Source of the DNA: Eledone cirrhosa
Taxonomy: Eukaryota
Direction of reading: 5' to 3'
Assembly: GCA_964016885.1 (NCBI GenBank)
Contig: OZ024741.1
Coordinates: 213,342,001 to 213,406,000, forward strand
Length of the DNA stretch: 64,000 nt
The notes beneath the pieces were generated by a model. The model worked only from the letters and a program-made list of their open reading frames with translations, had not been told where the DNA came from and searched no databases. Below, piece by piece: positions 58,464 through 64,000 of this stretch. Numbering within the stretch: position 1 is the first letter of the stretch; every line of letters starts with the position of its first letter. The position numbers and the translations under genes are program-made.

Positions 58464-58819
58464 TAGTTCCACAATAGTTAATTCATCAGCTCGGTTTAAA
58501 TGAGATTATTCGTTTATTGATCATTTTATGTCTACTATTAATGATGTGAAGTGTCTCTGTAGTACAGAGTTCACAGCCCCTAGATATAGATCCATATATA
58601 TATGGAAAAACATGTGAGAGTTTTGACCAAGGGAGAATTTTGGACATATGCTTTCTGTTCTGTGAAGGGAATAACACGTATGACCGGTAATATATCAATG
58701 GATATTTACATCTCGTTTGGATTTTTGTCTGAAGAGAATACAAAGGACAGTTGTTATACAATTGCCTTATGTCTTTGAAATACGTATAAATAGGGATGTA
58801 CAAATGAAATAGCTTTCTT

Positions 58820-59200
58820 GGAGATGTCAACATGAATGGATCTGTTATTTTTATCTAAAGACATTTTTTTCCAATTCCAACCCACCCGTCCTCTGAATCT
58901 ATCTTATTTCTCATTCTTTCTTCTGATGAAGGAGTAGCGTCCGACACGTTAAGACCCATTTCCTGCTATTTCAAGCATTAACCTAATATATCTCTTCCAT
59001 ATACTGTGTATTCTGTCTGATGAAGGCATACCATGATTTAACTTGGTATCCTTGAAATATATATAATGAAATAAATATGGTTTTATAAATATAGTTTCCA
59101 TTTATTAATACTGTATATCTCCTCCAAATATTTGTCGAGTGCTTTATATCAGTTATAATAATATTTGCTTGTTGTATCCCAACAATTTAAATTGAACTTT
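58820..59200 (+). mobile_element. Composite of family F (HHR 58919-58954, GACA variant) and family E (HHR 59009-59073)
   Basis: 58820-59005 is the reverse complement of 61552-61735; 59005-59115 matches 46830-46940. Confidence 0.78.
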
Positions 59201-59231
<31 letters not shown>

Positions 59232-60142
59232 GGGGGTACATACCTTCCCCCCATTTACTTTCATTATCAATACTCTGTAACTTAGGATTTCGACAAAATG
59301 AGGTCTATAATATAAGTAATTAATGTGGTCGATATGATCGATTAGTTCCCTTTGTACAAAATGTAGGGAACAAGTTTTCCGTTTCAAATATTCCTTAATT
59401 CCAGTTTTAGTTTTGGTAAATTCTTTTTTCTCCGTTTTCACTTCTTATTAATTCCATATTTTCCATTTCGTTGTATTTCCTGTGTTAACTGCAGTACCTT
59501 GTGTTATGAATTTTATTAAAACGGACAAATTACCAAGTTTTAGGAAAATATTAGTCCCTAAATTTGTACTAGTGAGGATCATAGTGAAGTAGATATCAGG
59601 CCACGGGATAGTGACCTCTGTGCTATATACAAAATAGTATCGAACTTGTGACCTTATGATTGCGAAACCAACATATTTAACCATTAAACCAGGCTTTGCT
59701 TGCTTTCACATTTAACCATGTTTACTCTTTATTCTATCCATTGCTCGATGGTGTTACCACTTATCAATGACTACCTAGATGTATACATTAATATACTCCT
59801 ATAAAATCCATTGTGAAGGTATTGTTGACAATATTACTATCGATCGGCTTATCCAATCTGCTTACCAGTCAATAATTATCTCGCTTTACGACCTCATCTC
59901 TTTCCATATAGAGAAAGAGAGAGGAGGAAGAGAATGATAGAAAGAAACCTGTCCCAACAAGTTTTGGCCATTAATTTCGCCTCTTTATTTTTCCATTGCA
60001 GTCCTCCGTCAATAAACTCGTTCTTCAAGGACACCACACACAACACACACTGCAGCAAAATAACATTTGAACAGAATTAGTACAGCATAATGTTTTATGA
60101 GTTTTCTGGCCATCTTTTATCATACGTAGATGAAAGAGATAG

Positions 60143-60239
<97 letters not shown>

Positions 60240-60390
60240 TGGTAGTGATGATGGCAAAGGAGAGAATGAATGTGTGAGAGTGATATAGATAAGCATAAAG
60301 ACAGACAGATATGTAGATAGATAGGTATATATGTATGTATATATATGTATATATATATATATATGTGTGTGTGTGTATGTGTGTGTGTAT

Positions 60391-60482
<92 letters not shown>

Positions 60483-60503
60483 TAGAGAGATAGATAGATA
60501 GAT

Positions 60504-60566
<63 letters not shown>

Positions 60567-61601
60567 GAGAGAGGGATGGTAAGAGAGAAATAGAGAGAGC
60601 GCAAAGAAACAAATGGTTGAAGCTTATCATCAAATTGTTTTATTCAGTAAAATCCACTTCAATAGATATATGATGCAGGTATACATAAGACGACATATCT
60701 TGCTATAACCTAGTTTTAATATAAAGCCGTTAGGAAACAAGAAGCTCGTTTTACCACTTTACACCTCTCACACGCAGTCACCTTCTTCAATCTATCGGAT
60801 AAAATATGCACATTATTGCCATGCTGCAACACCAAATCGCCATTTTAAGGAAAGCATCGAGGGAACTAATTGCTATTAGTGACAAAAATATATAAGATAC
60901 TGGAATAATTGTAGCTCCAATCTTCAGTGACATAGTAATTCTAGTGTGTGCATGTACGTGTGTTCATATATGTGTGTGTATATATGTGTGTGTATATGTG
61001 TATATGCATGGATGCATGTGTATGTATATGCGCGGGGACATAGAAATAGTCGGGCTGTAAACCCGATCGCGCAGTTAAACCACTGGGAGTGAAGCGCCCC
61101 TAGCCTTTCTCAGGTCATTCTTCTCGGAGAAGGCAACTCAGGAAACTGGGATAACTCCGATATAAAACCTGTGGCTCAGTAGTTACCGATGGTGTTGATC
61201 TTTTCTTCTTTTTGGGTTATAGCTATTGTCGTTCAGAGAGTGGGATTGGCTCAGTGCACAGTCTTTCCTCACTTTAAAAAATATCTTCACGCACAGGCAT
61301 TGCACGATAGAATTAATTAATTATTATTAATAATGGTATATCATGCAATGGGCATACTCGATAACGAGGGGGCAGCCATCATATGTATATATATATATAT
61401 ATATATATATTTATCCTTTGAGCCCTCTTTGGATTTTAGTCTTCGCATTTACTATTATTATTATTACTATATATATACATATGTGTATGTAAGTATATAT
61501 ATATGTGTATGTATGCAAATGGTAAACAGAAATAACGACACAATCGGTACAGTATATGGAAGGGATATATTAGGTTAACGCTTGATATAGCAGGAAGAGG
61601 G

Positions 61602-61637
61602 TCTTAACGTTTCGGACGCTAGTCCTTCATCAGAAGA
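61602..61637 (-). ncRNA. Minimal type I hammerhead (family F)
   Basis: ucuu CUGAUGA a gga-cuagcg-ucc GAAA cg UU aaga. Confidence 0.75.
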
Positions 61638-62049
61638 AAGAATGAGAAATAAGATATGTTGAGGGGACGGGCGGGTTGGAATTGGAAGAAATGTCTTTAG
61701 ATAAAAATAACAGGTCCATTCATGTTGACATCTCTTGTGTGTGTATGTGTAGAAAATATCCGTAGGCGTGAAAATGAAAAAAGGGAAAACAGTGCTCAAC
61801 CAGGGAAGAGAGCTGTTACATTATATTATTTATCTTCATACACAGAAGAAAAGCGTTAACTAAGGTTTCAAGGCCCAATATTGTCCATATCTCCAGATTG
61901 TAAGAGAGATCAAAATTTTGACCTAATCTTTCGGCACATAGACCTCTAAACTCCTGAAGGTCACAATTTTTATCCCTCTTACAATGAGGAGATATGGTCA
62001 GTATTAGGCAATGAAATATTAGGTAGCGCTTTTCTTCCATGTATGAAGA

Positions 62050-63427
62050 TTAGGGTGTTCCATAATCCCACATTTTACACAAAAGTGTTTTTTTTTCTTA
62101 GATCTCTATGCATTTTCTCATGCCATTTTGTATAGTATGCTTTATAATGTAATTGTGATTATTTCAGAGTAATTTAAGCCTTGCCTAATAGTTGCAAATT
62201 GGCAGAATAATGGCAGAAACCATTGGGCCTAGTTGTAGCTACTCGCTCCGTTGTGATGATCGAGAAATATGGCTCCTGGGGCAATATGTTACATCCTTTT
62301 CACCAAACAAAATACCCATAAAGAGGGATGTTCTAAGATATTTCTTCAACCTGAAAGATGGTCCTATGAAACAGGAAAAGCATGTGAGCTTCAATGGTGC
62401 TATTGCGGATAGACTTGTGATGGAAGTAGTTAGTCAGTGGGAAAAAGTTTGGTGGTGCGACTCAACGAAAAGACAAAGTGAAACTGAAAATTATGAACAT
62501 GTACAGTGAATACAGAAATTTACAAAAAAACAAAGGTTCTAAGTCAAACAAAGAAAAGGAAGCACTATTTATTTCTGAATTGGATTCGTATTTCTACATT
62601 GCAAATACTGATGCTGAAAAGAAAATTTTGAAAGACCGTCTTCGTAATAATGAACAGAAAATGGAAGATGCTGCATTTCTCGAGACCCTGCGTTACCAGA
62701 CAAAAGTATCTCTGGGTGCTGAAGACAAGGTTTACCAGAAAAAGGTATCTTCAAAGTTTAAGCGTGATCAGGTTTCTGTGGCTCGTCGAGAGTCAGAGAA
62801 CCATAGAGAGAGTTTGTCAGGATCTGTAGCAGCACAACTTCCACGTAATGAACTGAGTGATTCAAGTTCAACCAATGATGAAACTGAAGATGAACAGGAT
62901 CCTGAATTTCAGGCCTCAAACCCACCCAGAGACAGCTCAAAGTCAGACAAAAAACGAAAAATCGAGCTGGAACTCCCAAAGAATCCATTTCAAAGTCCAA
63001 ATATTTCTCTAATGGCTGATCGTTTAAACCTGACACTGGGCCAGAGAACAGTATTTATAGCATCGATTATTTCTGAGGGTGGGACTGACATAGACGCCAC
63101 AACTCTCTCCAAGAATAGTAGCAGACGTGCAGCTAAGAAGATCAGAACTGTGGGGGCTGAACACATAGAAGGAACAATTTGCTGTACCAGACTTTGTTAC
63201 CTTACATTGGGATGGAAAAATAATTCCTGGTGACCCATATAGGCTATGTGTGCGAGCTGCTGGAACTCCGGACTTCAGAGAAGGTAAAATCCTCGGTGTT
63301 CCCATAATTTCTGATGGCACTGGAACCACCCAAGCCAAAGTATCATTTGATCTTGTTAAAGATTGGAATGTTGATGGGTCTGTGGTGGGTTTGGTCTTCG
63401 ACACAACTGCTTCGAATCTGGATGGAA
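62050..63427 (+). mobile_element. DNA transposon with a frameshifted, 3'-truncated DDE transposase, probably hAT superfamily (hATm-like)
   Basis: Starts TTAGGGTGTTCC; frames give LHWDGK, ILGVP..GTG and FDTTASN; cut off at (TA)n. Confidence 0.72.
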
Positions 63428-63729
63428 ATATATATATACATATACATATATATATGTATATATTGAAAGAGAGAAGAATAACATGGTCAACAGTACAAAA
63501 GAGGGTTTTGTTTACAGTATTAACAATTGTTAATATATATGTGTATATATATATATATGTATATATATGTATATATGTATATATATAATGGTATTAGAAT
63601 CAAATAGTATGGTAGAATATTAAATGTTAAGTGTTAATTGAACAAGTACTTTCATGCTTTCGCAATCTTCAGGTTCATATTGTGTGGTGACAGTCAAGTT
63701 TACAATTTTCAACTATATATAGATGTATG

Positions 63730-63771
<42 letters not shown>

Positions 63772-63802
63772 TATATTTATATATATATATATATATATAT
63801 GC

Positions 63803-63926
<124 letters not shown>

Positions 63927-63965
63927 ATGCATATATGTAAATATATATATACATATATACATATA

Positions 63966-64000
63966 TGTTGAACAAACGAGTAACGATGGTTGCTGGACAC
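63966..64000 (+). repeat. Start of another family A copy at the window edge
   Basis: tgttgaacaaacgagtaacgatggttgctggacac matches 21830-21863. Confidence 0.75.

Noticed and set aside
61080-61270. Structured GC-richer patch, possible LINE 5' UTR or HDV-like ribozyme
   Set aside because: Could not build the nested pseudoknot by eye; single copy in the window

Overview
AT-rich, repeat-saturated eukaryotic DNA with no convincing host exon. The SINE family and the (TA)n/(CA)n load suggest an invertebrate, probably a cephalopod (inference). Nearly all listed ORFs are microsatellite artefacts. Real coding remnants are two Penelope-like elements (PLEs, RT+GIY-YIG), a third GIY-YIG fragment, RTE, Tx1/L1 and R4/Dong LINE pieces, and a hAT-type transposase. 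Also present are many tRNA-derived SINEs, non-autonomous Helitrons and MITEs. The main hidden signal is RNA: by eye I count about 30 type I hammerhead ribozyme (HHR) or HHR-like motifs (CUGANGA..GAAA..UH) from about a dozen sequence families. The best is a non-coding 414-485-bp tandem repeat (family A, 10 HHR copies) with one minimal HHR per unit, covarying hairpins, a conserved ATGCAAAT octamer, and an array starting at the predicted cleavage site. It looks like a non-LTR retrozyme / newt satellite-2-like system. A second 525-bp HHR repeat and many fold-back insertions in (TA)n, some with inverted copies of the flank, suggest mobilisation by PLE machinery. The class is known; whether these families are described needs a database search. 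No folding or search was run, and coordinates are hand-counted.
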